64,000 bases of DNA from Anaerolineaceae bacterium (GCA_012797695.1 JAAZOQ010000233.1:2897-66896); one strand, 5' to 3'. Shown: positions 46,545 to 56,169, numbered from the stretch's first letter. The notes: generated from the letters alone by a model not told the origin. Program-made: numbers and translations.

Positions 46545-47640
46545 CAAGTGAAAGAAAAACGGATAAGATTTGGGAATGGACAAAGAATACTTAGAACTGT
46601 ACACAGACTATTTAATCAGCACGTTTGGGTATGCCACAGCCACCGGTCTTTCACGGCTGGTGGAGGGACAAGTCAGTCATGACCAGATTACTCGTTTTCT
46701 CTCCGAAGAGGAATACACCTCGAAAGACTTGTGGCTGGAAGTCAAAGGGACAGTGCGAAAAGTGGAACGGGAAGAGGGAGTGTTGATATTTGATGACACG
46801 ATTCAAGAAAAACCCTACACAGACGAAAACGAGGTGATGTGCTGGCATTATGATCACAGTAAAGGCCGAGCGGTGCAGGGCTTCAACCTGCTCAACTGTC
46901 TGTACCATGTAGGAGACATCTCTATTCCGGTGGCCTTTGAGCTGATCAAAAAGCCGGTAGAGTATTGCGATCTGAAAACACACCAGCACAAACGAGCCAG
47001 TTTGGTCACAAAAAATGAACTGATGCGAGCCATGCTGGATGTCTGTGTGCAAAACAAGCTGTTATTTCACTTTGTTTTGTTCGATACCTGGTTCTCTTCC
47101 AAAGAGAACATGTGCCATATCCACGAAACACTCAAAAAAGAGTTTGTCTGCGCGCTCAAAAGCAATCGTTTGGTTGCAGTGAGCGAAGAAGATCATCAAG
47201 CCAAACGCTTTACGCCGATTGAAGAATTGCCCTGGCGGGAAGAGACAGTATTCACAGGTTGGCTCAAAGACGTGCCTTTTCCTGTGTGCTTTGTGCGCCA
47301 AGTTTTCACCAATAATGATGGCAGCACGGGAATTCTCTATCTGACCTGCAGTGACACAACCCTAACGCGTGGACTTATTCTGTCAACCTATCAGAAACGA
47401 TGGCAGGTAGAAGTCTTCCATAAATCGCTCAAACAAAATGCTGCCCTGGGAAAAGCCCCTGTTCGCCGGGTGGTAACACAAAATAATCATGTCTTTGCTG
47501 TTTTGTATGCTACGTTCAAATTAGAGTGTTTGAAAATAAAACAACATCTGAGCCATTTTGCCTTACGTGCTCATTTGTATCTCAAAGCGACTCGCATCGC
47601 CTTTGACGAGCTTCAAGCTCTCAAGGCTGCGTAACATCAG
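46532..47640 (+). mobile_element. intact IS4-family insertion sequence (1109 bp)
   Basis: Perfect 13-bp terminal inverted repeats CTGATGTTACGCA / TGCGTAACATCAG, immediately flanked by an 8-bp direct repeat TTAAGTTA; single DDE transposase gene. Confidence 0.8.
46576..47634 (+). CDS. IS4-family DDE transposase
   Basis: IFDDT and VLFDTWF acidic motifs; YQKRWQVEVFHKSLK fits the Y-(2)-R-(3)-E-(6)-K IS4 signature; the stop codon lies inside the right IR. Confidence 0.85.
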   Translation: MDKEYLELYTDYLISTFGYATATGLSRLVEGQVSHDQITRFLSEEEYTSKDLWLEVKGTVRKVEREEGVLIFDDTIQEKPYTDENEVMCWHYDHSKGRAVQGFNLLNCLYHVGDISIPVAFELIKKPVEYCDLKTHQHKRASLVTKNELMRAMLDVCVQNKLLFHFVLFDTWFSSKENMCHIHETLKKEFVCALKSNRLVAVSEEDHQAKRFTPIEELPWREETVFTGWLKDVPFPVCFVRQVFTNNDGSTGILYLTCSDTTLTRGLILSTYQKRWQVEVFHKSLKQNAALGKAPVRRVVTQNNHVFAVLYATFKLECLKIKQHLSHFALRAHLYLKATRIAFDELQALKAA

Positions 47641-47648
47641 TTAAGTTA
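47628..47648. repeat. right terminal IR (47628-47640) plus right target-site duplication (47641-47648)
   Basis: TGCGTAACATCAG + TTAAGTTA read directly. Confidence 0.8.
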
Positions 47649-47718
47649 AACTATTCGCAAATGATCACTCCGGAAACAGATCTGTATAATAAAAAAGGAA
47701 TCAACCATCAGAGGACTA

Positions 47719-48243
47719 ATGATACTTTTTAGAAGAATAAAGTCAAAAGATATGTCTACATCACTTCAAGATTACTATAAAATCGAATACCAACAAGTGG
47801 TTAGTAGAATATATGCATTCGAAACAATTCGACTCCAGAGTGGAATCTTTTTTGGAACAGCTAATATTACAGCACTTGGCTTTGCATTTGCGCGAAAAGA
47901 ATCAGGTATTTTTTTTATTGCGGCATTGATACTATCAATATATCTTTTTTACGAAGTCAGAGCACGAAAAGCTTCACAAATTCTATACTTTCGAGGGTTG
48001 CAATTACAAAGGTTCTTATCTAACAATGATCAGGAAGCATTTTTAGAGATCAGCAGAAGCGCACAAGCGGAAGAAGCAAAAAAAATATTATCCTTTGATG
48101 ACATAAAAATTAGGAAAAAATTGCTGATAAATTCTAAAACTTACAGAACTGGTATTTTTTTTATCATTCCAATTCTTGTGATTTCACTAGAAGTTATTGC
48201 TGGAATCTTATACTTAACCATTGCTTGTTGGCCTTTATATTAA
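47719..48243 (+). CDS. hypothetical membrane protein, AT-rich
   Basis: 174 aa with three hydrophobic segments; no motif recognised. Confidence 0.5.
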   Translation: MILFRRIKSKDMSTSLQDYYKIEYQQVVSRIYAFETIRLQSGIFFGTANITALGFAFARKESGIFFIAALILSIYLFYEVRARKASQILYFRGLQLQRFLSNNDQEAFLEISRSAQAEEAKKILSFDDIKIRKKLLINSKTYRTGIFFIIPILVISLEVIAGILYLTIACWPLY

Positions 48244-48794
48244 CTTTATAAAAATGTCATCAAAAAAAATGGAAAGATGAATGGATTCTACATTGACCAT
48301 TTCGCCTTTTAGGAAAGGCTTTCACCTTTGCAAGAGTATTCTTCAGCAACTTGGTAAATTTCGGGAGATCAAAAACTGGGTCTAAAGGCCAAAACCTACC
48401 CCATCCAAGCATCTGCAGAAGTAAAACTTTTTCACCTAATTGCCCATTCTTTTTTCTCTTTAACGCTTTCCACCTCTTAGGGTGCTGCAGGACACTGCTA
48501 TTACCACGTTTTGTGTTGGTGAACGCGACCTGCGGGGTCGGCGTAGAGCATCCGCCCTGGTGGGTATCCAGGTCAGATGAGAACCCCTGAGCACTGACCA
48601 GTGAAGCACAGAAATCTGGGAACAGGTACGGGTAGTGAATTGAGCTATGCCATCATCCCGGCATGAAAACCGCCGATGACTTTTCAATTTCTCCTTAATC
48701 CAAACCGGATAAGTTCGAGAAATCTTTGTATAATTATTCAAGCAGCGTTTGACTTCGAATCTAAAACCCAGGTTTTCTCAATCCACAGGAAGGG

Positions 48795-49133
48795 ATGCAC
48801 ATGGAAACTGATATTCTGGCACTGGCAGAAAGTCATTTGCAAAGCGTCGCGCATGATCTGGAGCAAGCCAAGAGTGACTTTCTCGAAAATGAAAGAAAGA
48901 TCATCATCGAGCTGATCTATTCACAAGAAAATGTCTACGAAGGCACCAACCCGGCCTTTCTGAGCAGCGTGGTGCTGCCGCCTTTGCTGAATGAACGGCA
49001 CAAACTGCAGGAAAAAATCCATCGGCTGAGCGAAATCTCAGAGAAAATGAAACTTTTCATTCAGGAAATGAGCAACCCCGAAAACCTGGCCGCCTTCAAG
49101 GCCTACGCAGAATCCATGCTGGCCCTGAAATAA
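48795..49133 (+). CDS. hypothetical helical protein, 112 aa
   Basis: ORF followed by a clean hairpin terminator; TATAAT at 48729-48734 upstream. Confidence 0.5.
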   Translation: MHMETDILALAESHLQSVAHDLEQAKSDFLENERKIIIELIYSQENVYEGTNPAFLSSVVLPPLLNERHKLQEKIHRLSEISEKMKLFIQEMSNPENLAAFKAYAESMLALK

Positions 49134-49153
49134 GCCTTTCCTCAAACCCATCC

Positions 49154-49181
49154 GCCTGCACGCAATTGTGCAGGCTTTTTT
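49154..49181 (+). terminator. terminator after the 48795 gene
   Basis: GCCTGCAC-GCAATT-GTGCAGGC-TTTTTT. Confidence 0.75.
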
Positions 49182-49250
49182 ATATGCCGCTAATATTCCT
49201 CCAATACGAAACAGGTATAATGCAATTCAATCAACAGTAAAGGAGTCAAA

Positions 49251-49961
49251 ATGTTCTTTGGTGGTGGATACCTGCTTTACATCCTGATCAGTTTACCGGC
49301 ATTGCTGCTGGGACTGTGGGCGCAATTAAAGGTGAAGAGCGCCTTCAACCAGTATTCCAAGGTGCGCACCGTCACCGGGATGACCGGGGCAGAAGTGGCC
49401 CGGCGCATGCTGGATTCAAATGGCCTTTCCAATGTGCGTGTTGAGGAAACCAGCGGTTTCCTGACCGATAATTATGATCCCTCCAGCAAGACGCTGCACC
49501 TGAGCCCAGACGTCTACCGCAGCAACAGCGTGGCCGCAGCCGGGGTAGCCGCACATGAATCCGGGCACGCAGTACAGGATGCCAACGCTTACGCGCCGCT
49601 GAAATTGCGCGCGGCCATGGTACCCAGCGTGCAACTGGGAAGCTGGCTGGGCCCGATCGTCTTTTTCATCGGATTGTTCATCCAGAGCAACACCGGTACA
49701 ACCATTGCCTGGATCGGGCTGCTGCTCTTTGCCGCAACCGCGCTCTTCGCGCTGATCACCCTGCCGGTGGAATTCGACGCCAGCAACCGGGCAAAAGCCT
49801 GGCTGGCCAGTTCGGGAGTCATGTACAATTCGGAAATGGAAGGGGTATATAAGACACTGGATGCGGCAGCACTGACTTACGTTGCGGCAGCCATCCAGGC
49901 ACTGTCGACCGTGCTATATTACGCCTTTCTGCTGATGGGCCGCTCGTCACGGCGCAACTGA
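49251..49961 (+). CDS. YugP-like membrane zinc metallopeptidase
   Basis: HESGHAVQ zinc motif, N- and C-terminal TM helices, AAGGAG SD. Confidence 0.8.
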   Translation: MFFGGGYLLYILISLPALLLGLWAQLKVKSAFNQYSKVRTVTGMTGAEVARRMLDSNGLSNVRVEETSGFLTDNYDPSSKTLHLSPDVYRSNSVAAAGVAAHESGHAVQDANAYAPLKLRAAMVPSVQLGSWLGPIVFFIGLFIQSNTGTTIAWIGLLLFAATALFALITLPVEFDASNRAKAWLASSGVMYNSEMEGVYKTLDAAALTYVAAAIQALSTVLYYAFLLMGRSSRRN

Positions 49962-49976
49962 CCGCCTAACCAAGAT

Positions 49977-50017
49977 AAAAAAGTCCCGGAGTTCAAAAAC
50001 TCCGGGACTGATTTTTT
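49977..50017. terminator. bidirectional terminator between the metallopeptidase gene and mreB
   Basis: AAAAA-AGTCCCGGAGTT-CAAA-AACTCCGGGACT-GATTTTTT. Confidence 0.8.
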
Positions 50018-51023
50018 AACCGGCCAGCAAACTGCGTTTGAGCGCATCACGCAGCGCCAGTGCCTTGACAGCACCCTCTGCGGCACAGGTCAGCGGATTA
50101 TCCACGATGTACACCGGGATGCCCAAAGAGCGGGTCAGATATTTATCGATGCCGCGCAAAAGCGCCCCACCACCGACCAGGGCAGCACCGCGATCGATAA
50201 TATCCGAGATCAACTCGGGCGGGGTTTTCTCAAGCACCTTCTTAGCCAGCTTGACCACTTCGGTAAGGCTTTCCTGCAAAGCTTCGACCACATCATCCGT
50301 GGTTAACACCACGGGGCGAGGCAAGCTGGTGATCTGGTCCACGCCCTGGACTTCCAGCGACATCTGTTCATCCTGTGGGATGGCCGCGCCGATCTTGATC
50401 TTAAGCTGTTCCGCGGTGGGCTGGGCAATGATCAAGCCAAAACGTTTGCGCACATAAGCCTGAATGGCATCATCGAAAGCCAAACCGCCGGTGCGGGAAG
50501 CATCCGCAGAAACGATGCCGTTGAGGCTCACCACCGCCACCTGATTGACGCCGCCGCCAAGAGAAATGACCATGTTGCCTGACGGCGTCGAAATAGGAAG
50601 ATCCACGCCCAGGGCCGCGGCCAGGGGAGCCGGAATGAGATAAACCTCACGGCTGCCCGCACCGATCCCGGCCTCGTGGACGGCACGAGCCTCCACGCTG
50701 GTCGCTCCATATGGGATGGTGATCATCATACGCGGACGAAAAACGCGCATCTGGCCGCAGACCTTGCGGGCCAGATAGCCCAGTAACGTCTCGGTCACCT
50801 CATATTCCGCAATCACCCCATGCTGCATGGGATGGACGATCTCAATTGTCTCAGGGACCTTGCCTTCCATATCCTGGGCAGCCTGGCCCCACTCAACCAT
50901 TTTATATTCATCACTGACAATGGCGACCGTGGTCGGTTCCTGCAGTAAGATTTGCGAACCTTCGGCAATGACGGTATTGGTCGTACCCAAGTCGATTCCC
51001 AGTTCGCGAGTTAATCCTGGCAT
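50016..51023 (-). CDS. mreB: rod shape-determining actin homolog MreB
   Basis: GIDLGTTNT, GGGVNQVAVVSL, GGGALLRGI. Confidence 0.9.
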   Translation of the reverse strand: MPGLTRELGIDLGTTNTVIAEGSQILLQEPTTVAIVSDEYKMVEWGQAAQDMEGKVPETIEIVHPMQHGVIAEYEVTETLLGYLARKVCGQMRVFRPRMMITIPYGATSVEARAVHEAGIGAGSREVYLIPAPLAAALGVDLPISTPSGNMVISLGGGVNQVAVVSLNGIVSADASRTGGLAFDDAIQAYVRKRFGLIIAQPTAEQLKIKIGAAIPQDEQMSLEVQGVDQITSLPRPVVLTTDDVVEALQESLTEVVKLAKKVLEKTPPELISDIIDRGAALVGGGALLRGIDKYLTRSLGIPVYIVDNPLTCAAEGAVKALALRDALKRSLLAG

Positions 51024-51154
51024 AAGTGCACCTCATTCAGTCGTCAAGGACTGTATCTTGTCTAAATTCCAGCAGAACTTCCGTGAGCCTGTCTGAACCA
51101 TTATTTTACATCACAAATCGAGTTTTCTGGGATAACCCGAGATTCGCCAAAAGA

Positions 51155-51727
51155 TCAAGAGAAATACTGCAAAGCAATGCGCAGCCGCTCTTCGACGTCT
51201 TTTGGAGCATCCTTCGGGATCGTCTGCAAGGCTGCCTGGGCCTCGACCACGCTGTAACCGAGACCGGTCAGCGCATCGAGCACCTCCAGGTCGACGTTGC
51301 GGGTGGTCGTATCCGCTGCTGTGAACTCACCCTTGATCTTGCCCTGCAACTGCAAAACGATGCTCTGCGCCGTCTTTTTACCCACCCCGGGGACGCGGGT
51401 GAACAGGTCCGCCTCATCCGCGAGGATGGCCTGCCGGATCAAGCCAATCGACATCGTCGAGACAATGCCCAAAGCAGTCCGCGGGCCCACTCCATTGGCG
51501 CCCAACAGCAGCACGAAAAGATCGCGCTCCTCGGTCGTCTCAAAGCCAAAGAGGGTCAAGGCATCTTCGCGCACCACCAGATAAGTGAAAAGGGATTTCG
51601 GTTTAAACGGTTCCACCTCTTTGCACACGTTCTTGGGAACGAAAACCCGAAAACCCACCCCGTTGACATTGAGCACCAGGCTATCTTCGAGCACCTGAGA
51701 AACGATTCCTTCAAGAGAGGCGATCAT
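51155..51727 (-). CDS. ruvA: Holliday junction branch migration complex subunit RuvA
   Basis: MIASLEG.V........L.VNGVGF.V, LL.ANGVGP..AL, VPGVGKKTA. Confidence 0.9.
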   Translation of the reverse strand: MIASLEGIVSQVLEDSLVLNVNGVGFRVFVPKNVCKEVEPFKPKSLFTYLVVREDALTLFGFETTEERDLFVLLLGANGVGPRTALGIVSTMSIGLIRQAILADEADLFTRVPGVGKKTAQSIVLQLQGKIKGEFTAADTTTRNVDLEVLDALTGLGYSVVEAQAALQTIPKDAPKDVEERLRIALQYFS

Positions 51728-52527
51728 TTTTTACCTCGTTGCAAATGCTGGTTAAAAATCTCATATAGAGTAACCCCGGTGGCCACCGCCAGATTGAGCG
51801 AATCACTTCTGCCGGCCATGGGGAGCGCCACCATCTGGTCACAGGCCTGCACCAGGTCGGGATGCAGCCCTTCGCGTTCACTGCCCATGAGAAGCAGCAT
51901 GTTCTCTGGGTAAGCAACTGACTGGTAATTCACACTGGCGGCATCGGACGTGCCCACCGTAAATACAGTATGCTGTTCCTTCCAGCGGCGGTAGCTGGCC
52001 GTATCCGTTTTGATGAGCTCAATGGCAAAGAGCGCGCCCATACTGCCACGAACCGCTGAAGGATCATAAGGATCGGTACAATTGTCGATCAAAAGGATCC
52101 CCCGACCGCCCACCGCATCTGTGGTGCGCATGATCGTGCCCAGATTACCGGGGTCGGCTACAGAATCCAGGCCTACCCATAGGCCCATGTGCAGCGGATC
52201 GAGAGAAGAAAGCTCATGCCATTCCTGGCGCACCACCGCGGCCAACCCCTGCGGGTTCTCCTTGAGGCCAAAGCTCGCGAAAACGGCCGCGCTGACTTCC
52301 AACACGGCCACGCGGGCAGATTCGATCTGCTGCATTACCTCGGCACGCAAATGTTCTGCCAGTAATTCAGGGGCCAGCAGCAAAGTTTCGACGCGCTCTG
52401 GACGAGAAATGGCCTCGCGCACGATGCGAATGCCTTCGATGTAGAAAACACCCGATTCCTGGCGATATTTGCGTTCGCGCAATTTGCGGATGGCCTTGAC
52501 GCGTTCATTGGCAGTGCTGGTGATCAT
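51724..52527 (-). CDS. TrmH/SpoU family RNA 2'-O-methyltransferase
   Basis: DPGNLGTIMRT, LLMGSEREGL, IPM.G..DSLN.AVA. Confidence 0.8.
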   Translation of the reverse strand: MITSTANERVKAIRKLRERKYRQESGVFYIEGIRIVREAISRPERVETLLLAPELLAEHLRAEVMQQIESARVAVLEVSAAVFASFGLKENPQGLAAVVRQEWHELSSLDPLHMGLWVGLDSVADPGNLGTIMRTTDAVGGRGILLIDNCTDPYDPSAVRGSMGALFAIELIKTDTASYRRWKEQHTVFTVGTSDAASVNYQSVAYPENMLLLMGSEREGLHPDLVQACDQMVALPMAGRSDSLNLAVATGVTLYEIFNQHLQRGKK

Positions 52528-53030
52528 CAGGCCCCTCCAATGGATTCCAGACGCTGGTAGGCGCGCGACTGCAGATGACAGAGAGCAATCGCCAGCGCAT
52601 CCGCGGCATCGTCCGGTTTGGGAATGGCGGGCAATTGCAGAATCGTGCGCACCATTTCCTGTACCTGCTTCTTATCGGCAGAGCCATAGCCGGTCACCGC
52701 CTGTTTTACTTCGTTGGGAGTATATTCCGCCAGGGGAATGGACTGCTGCGCCAAAGACAACAAGATCACCCCTCTGGCCTGCCCCACCGCGATGGCAGTG
52801 GTGACGTTCTTCTGGAAAAACAACTTCTCCACCGCGCCAAAATCTGGCCGGTGGAGAAGCAATAATTCACTCAACTGCTGATTGATCGCGAGCAAGCGCT
52901 GTTCCGCGGCCAAGCCGGCCGGGGTAGCGATGATCCCATAAGTGACCAGACGGATTTCTTTACGGTCGTTCTCTTCAATAATGCCGTAGCCGGTGGTCGC
53001 GGTACCGGGATCCAGCCCGATGACCAGCAT
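52527..53030 (-). CDS. ruvC: crossover junction endodeoxyribonuclease RuvC
   Basis: VIGLDPGTATTGYG, AVEKLFF.KN, DAADALAIALCH. Confidence 0.9.
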   Translation of the reverse strand: MLVIGLDPGTATTGYGIIEENDRKEIRLVTYGIIATPAGLAAEQRLLAINQQLSELLLLHRPDFGAVEKLFFQKNVTTAIAVGQARGVILLSLAQQSIPLAEYTPNEVKQAVTGYGSADKKQVQEMVRTILQLPAIPKPDDAADALAIALCHLQSRAYQRLESIGGA

Positions 53031-53035
53031 ATTCC

Positions 53036-53791
53036 CTACTCAGACTCCATTGCTGCCATGGCTTCATCGGAGATCTTGAGGTTGGAATAGACATCCTGAA
53101 CGTCATCCATATCTTCAAGATTTTCGATGGTGCGCAGCACCTGCATGGTATCTTCCACGCCCAGTTCCATTTCCTGATTCGGGATCATCTTGAGGCCCGC
53201 TTCTTCAGGAATGATATTGGCCGTGCGGAAGATGTCAATCAGGGTTTTGAAAGATTCAACCGGAGCCTCAACCTCGATCTCTTCGTCGTCCTGGCTAACG
53301 TCATCAGCGCCACCTTCGACAGCAAGCTCGAAGAGCTTGTCGAAATCATTGCCTTCCTTGGGGAAGGAAAAGACTGCCGCGCGATGGAACTGCCAGCTCA
53401 CTGAGCCCAGCTCCCCCAGGTTGCCGCCTGAACGAGACAGCAAATGGCGCAGCTCCGCGACGGTGCGATTGCGGTTTTCAGTCACACACTCAATTACTAG
53501 AGCAACCCCATTAGGGCCATAGCCTTCGTAGGATACCTCTTCGTAAATTTCGCCGTCCTTGCCTTCACCCGTCGCTCTTTTGATAGCTCTTTCGATATTA
53601 TCTTTGGGCATGCTTTGTGCTTTGGCTTTATCCACGGCTAACCGTAAGCGGAAATTCGAATCGATATCCCCGCCACCTTCTCGGGCTGCCATGACGATCT
53701 CACGCGTTAAGCGCGTGAAGACCTGGCCGCGTTTTGCATCAGCTACACCTTTTTTTCGTTTAATCGTCGCCCACTTAGAATGCCCGGACAT
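53036..53791 (-). CDS. yebC: YebC/PmpR family DNA-binding regulator
   Basis: SGHSKWATIKRKK...D..R...F..L..EI..A...GG; start set at the ATG at 53791. Confidence 0.9.
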   Translation of the reverse strand: MSGHSKWATIKRKKGVADAKRGQVFTRLTREIVMAAREGGGDIDSNFRLRLAVDKAKAQSMPKDNIERAIKRATGEGKDGEIYEEVSYEGYGPNGVALVIECVTENRNRTVAELRHLLSRSGGNLGELGSVSWQFHRAAVFSFPKEGNDFDKLFELAVEGGADDVSQDDEEIEVEAPVESFKTLIDIFRTANIIPEEAGLKMIPNQEMELGVEDTMQVLRTIENLEDMDDVQDVYSNLKISDEAMAAMESE

Positions 53792-53981
53792 ACACAAGCT
53801 CCTTCAAAAGAGAAAAAATATTTTTTAGCAGAATATCCAGATTATACCATGCAATCCCAGAGCAAATTTGAGGGAAACGGGGCAGAAGCAGGTCTGCATT
53901 TTTGCTAACGGATTTGTAAACCTTCAATTATGAAATGGTTTTGCGCTTGTTAAAAGGAGGACCAAAATTTACCCTTAGCGC

Positions 53982-54629
53982 ATGATCAATTTCTTCAAAA
54001 GAATCCTGCTTACCGCAACCCTGCTCTTTTTGCTGCCCCGCCCTCAAGGGGCACTCCTCCCCATTACCGGTACAAATTCCACAGATTCCACCTCCAGCAC
54101 CGCCAACGTGCAGACGCTGGCAGACTTCACCACCGACCTCAAAAATGGCAATGCCCGCCAGGCCGTGGGCATTTATGCCGACGAAGAATTTGCCCTGCCC
54201 ATTGTGCAGCAGCCCAATGCAAACCCTTCTTTCGTTTCGCGTGAAGAAGAAAAAGTCACCTATTTCGCCATGACAGCCAGCTACGGCTCCATTGGTCTGG
54301 TGGCCCACAACGATCTGGCCGGGAAACATTTCTTCGATCTGCAAGAAGGGGATACACTGACCCTGGTGTATGGAGATGGTCATCAAAAGAAATATGAGAT
54401 CAGCCACATCTATGCGCTGCAGGCGCTTTCACCCACCAGCCCCTATTCCAGATTTATCGACCCGGAAAGCCCCGAAAAAGTCATGAGCGTGGAAGAAGTG
54501 TTCACGCAGATGTATGGTGAAAAGGGCAGTCTGGTTCTGCAAACCTGTATTGCTAAAGAAGGCGTCGATTCTTGGGGACGGCTGTTCATCATTGCCGAAC
54601 CCGCCCTTACCCCCAGTCAGGTCAAATAA
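53982..54629 (+). CDS. sortase-like protein (tentative)
   Basis: N-terminal TM/signal, GLVAHN..AG (His region), LVLQTC (TLxTC-like), downstream Arg. Confidence 0.5.
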   Translation: MINFFKRILLTATLLFLLPRPQGALLPITGTNSTDSTSSTANVQTLADFTTDLKNGNARQAVGIYADEEFALPIVQQPNANPSFVSREEEKVTYFAMTASYGSIGLVAHNDLAGKHFFDLQEGDTLTLVYGDGHQKKYEISHIYALQALSPTSPYSRFIDPESPEKVMSVEEVFTQMYGEKGSLVLQTCIAKEGVDSWGRLFIIAEPALTPSQVK

Positions 54630-54634
54630 CTTCG

Positions 54635-55393
54635 TTATTCCGTATAAGGACTTGCCACCAGAATCAGACGGTGGGTATTGGAGATCTTTGGCCAGCAGGT
54701 GACCAGCGTGAGCCGAACGTCATCTGAAGTCGCCAGCCAGCGCGCGTTCTGAATGCGCGTCTGCATATCCACAAAGCGTTCCTGCAAGATCATGCGATTG
54801 GCCACGATGAACGTGAATTTGTGCGTCCCGGAATAGACGTAGATCAAATCCCCTAACTGAACGTTGACCAGATTGCCAAAAACTTCCCCGTACTCGTTGT
54901 GATGCCCATTGATGACCGTGTTGCCAGGTTGGCCCAGGAGTGCCGAATCAGGGTGCCAGCCAGCGGCAAACTCATTGGGAGCTTCCCATTGACCAAAAGT
55001 TTCCCCATCGACGTTAGTGGAATTGTACTGAGCAATGATCACCGGCGCGTCAATTCCCACCGAGGGGATCACGATACGATCTGGGATCAGCGGAGTCTCC
55101 AATGAAGTATCCGCACCAGGATGGACGAAATACTTCGTGCTGTTCAGATCAGCAAATACCGGAGCCGCCTGAGTTTTCTCTGCCCCCGCTGCCAAAGCAG
55201 TCATCGTCGTCTGCGCCTGTGCCGGCAACGAGAGAGGAGTGATATTTACCTCAATGCTGGTAGAAGTAGCTGCTGACGAGGCCGCAGCAGCCGGCCAGAA
55301 CACAATGACCAGCCCAATAATTCCCCCCACAAACAGCAGGCCACCCAAAACAATCAGCGCCCAGTCTTTATACTTAATCCAGACATTTTTCAT
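54635..55393 (-). CDS. sortase (class E-like)
   Basis: N-terminal TM, IPSVGIDAPV, NTVINGHH, RLTLVTCWP, downstream R. Confidence 0.75.
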   Translation of the reverse strand: MKNVWIKYKDWALIVLGGLLFVGGIIGLVIVFWPAAAASSAATSTSIEVNITPLSLPAQAQTTMTALAAGAEKTQAAPVFADLNSTKYFVHPGADTSLETPLIPDRIVIPSVGIDAPVIIAQYNSTNVDGETFGQWEAPNEFAAGWHPDSALLGQPGNTVINGHHNEYGEVFGNLVNVQLGDLIYVYSGTHKFTFIVANRMILQERFVDMQTRIQNARWLATSDDVRLTLVTCWPKISNTHRLILVASPYTE

Positions 55394-55413
55394 CTGATTA
55401 AGTATAGTACTTT

Positions 55414-56169
55414 TTACTCCACAGTGTTCAACAAACTTCCAATTCCTTCGATAGTCACCTCAACACCATCCCCCGATACCAATGGTCCCACCCCAGCCGG
55501 GGTGCCAGTAAAAATCAAATCGCCGGGTTCCAGGGTCATGATCGAAGAAGCAAAAGCAATGATCTGCGGAATGGTAAACACCATTTCGCGGGTCGAAGCC
55601 ATCTGACGCAATTCAGCGTTGACTTTACACGAGATCATTACGTCTGCGGGGTCGAGATCGGTCTCGATCCACGGGCCGATCGGGCTAAAGGTGTCAAAGC
55701 CTTTGGCACGAGTCCACTGCCCATCGCGATGCTGCAAATCACGGGCGGTGACGTCATTGCCAATGGTATAGCCCAGAATGTAGGCCCGCGCGTCTTCTGC
55801 CGCGATCCAGCGGCCGCGCTTGCCGATCACCACAACCAGCTCCGCTTCGTGTTCCACCTGCTGCGATTGGGGAGGCAGAACAATGGTGCCATTGTGCGGC
55901 AAGATGGCGGAAGGCGGTTTCATGAATAGCATCGGCACATCCGGGATCACCGCGTCCTGCTCACGGGCATGTTCAGCATAGTTCCGGCCCATGCACAGAA
56001 TCTTGGAAGGCACCACCGGCTCCAGAATTTTGACGTTCTTGAGATCAAACGCCGTATCGCGGCGCATATACTCCCCAAAAAGATTCCCTTCGATCAGGCC
56101 AACGCGATCTTCGTTGATCCAACCAGTATGAATTACTCGGTCTGGAGTTTGAAAACGCAGAAACTTCAT
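55414..56169 (-). CDS. fumarylacetoacetate hydrolase family protein
   Basis: GRNY..H..E, HE.ELVVVIG, GDLI.TGTP.GVG. Confidence 0.85.
   Translation of the reverse strand: MKFLRFQTPDRVIHTGWINEDRVGLIEGNLFGEYMRRDTAFDLKNVKILEPVVPSKILCMGRNYAEHAREQDAVIPDVPMLFMKPPSAILPHNGTIVLPPQSQQVEHEAELVVVIGKRGRWIAAEDARAYILGYTIGNDVTARDLQHRDGQWTRAKGFDTFSPIGPWIETDLDPADVMISCKVNAELRQMASTREMVFTIPQIIAFASSIMTLEPGDLIFTGTPAGVGPLVSGDGVEVTIEGIGSLLNTVE

Noticed and set aside
48590-48680. Short resemblance to bacterial RNase P RNA (GACCAGTGAAGCACAGAAA... and AAAACCGCCGATGAC versus E. coli GACCAGTGCAACAGAGAGCAAACCGCCGATGG).
   Set aside because: The universally conserved GAGGAAAGTCC and ACAGAACCCGGCTTA elements are absent on both strands of the 550-bp region. 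This is not a functional RNase P RNA. It is kept only as part of the 'unexplained non-coding region' finding.
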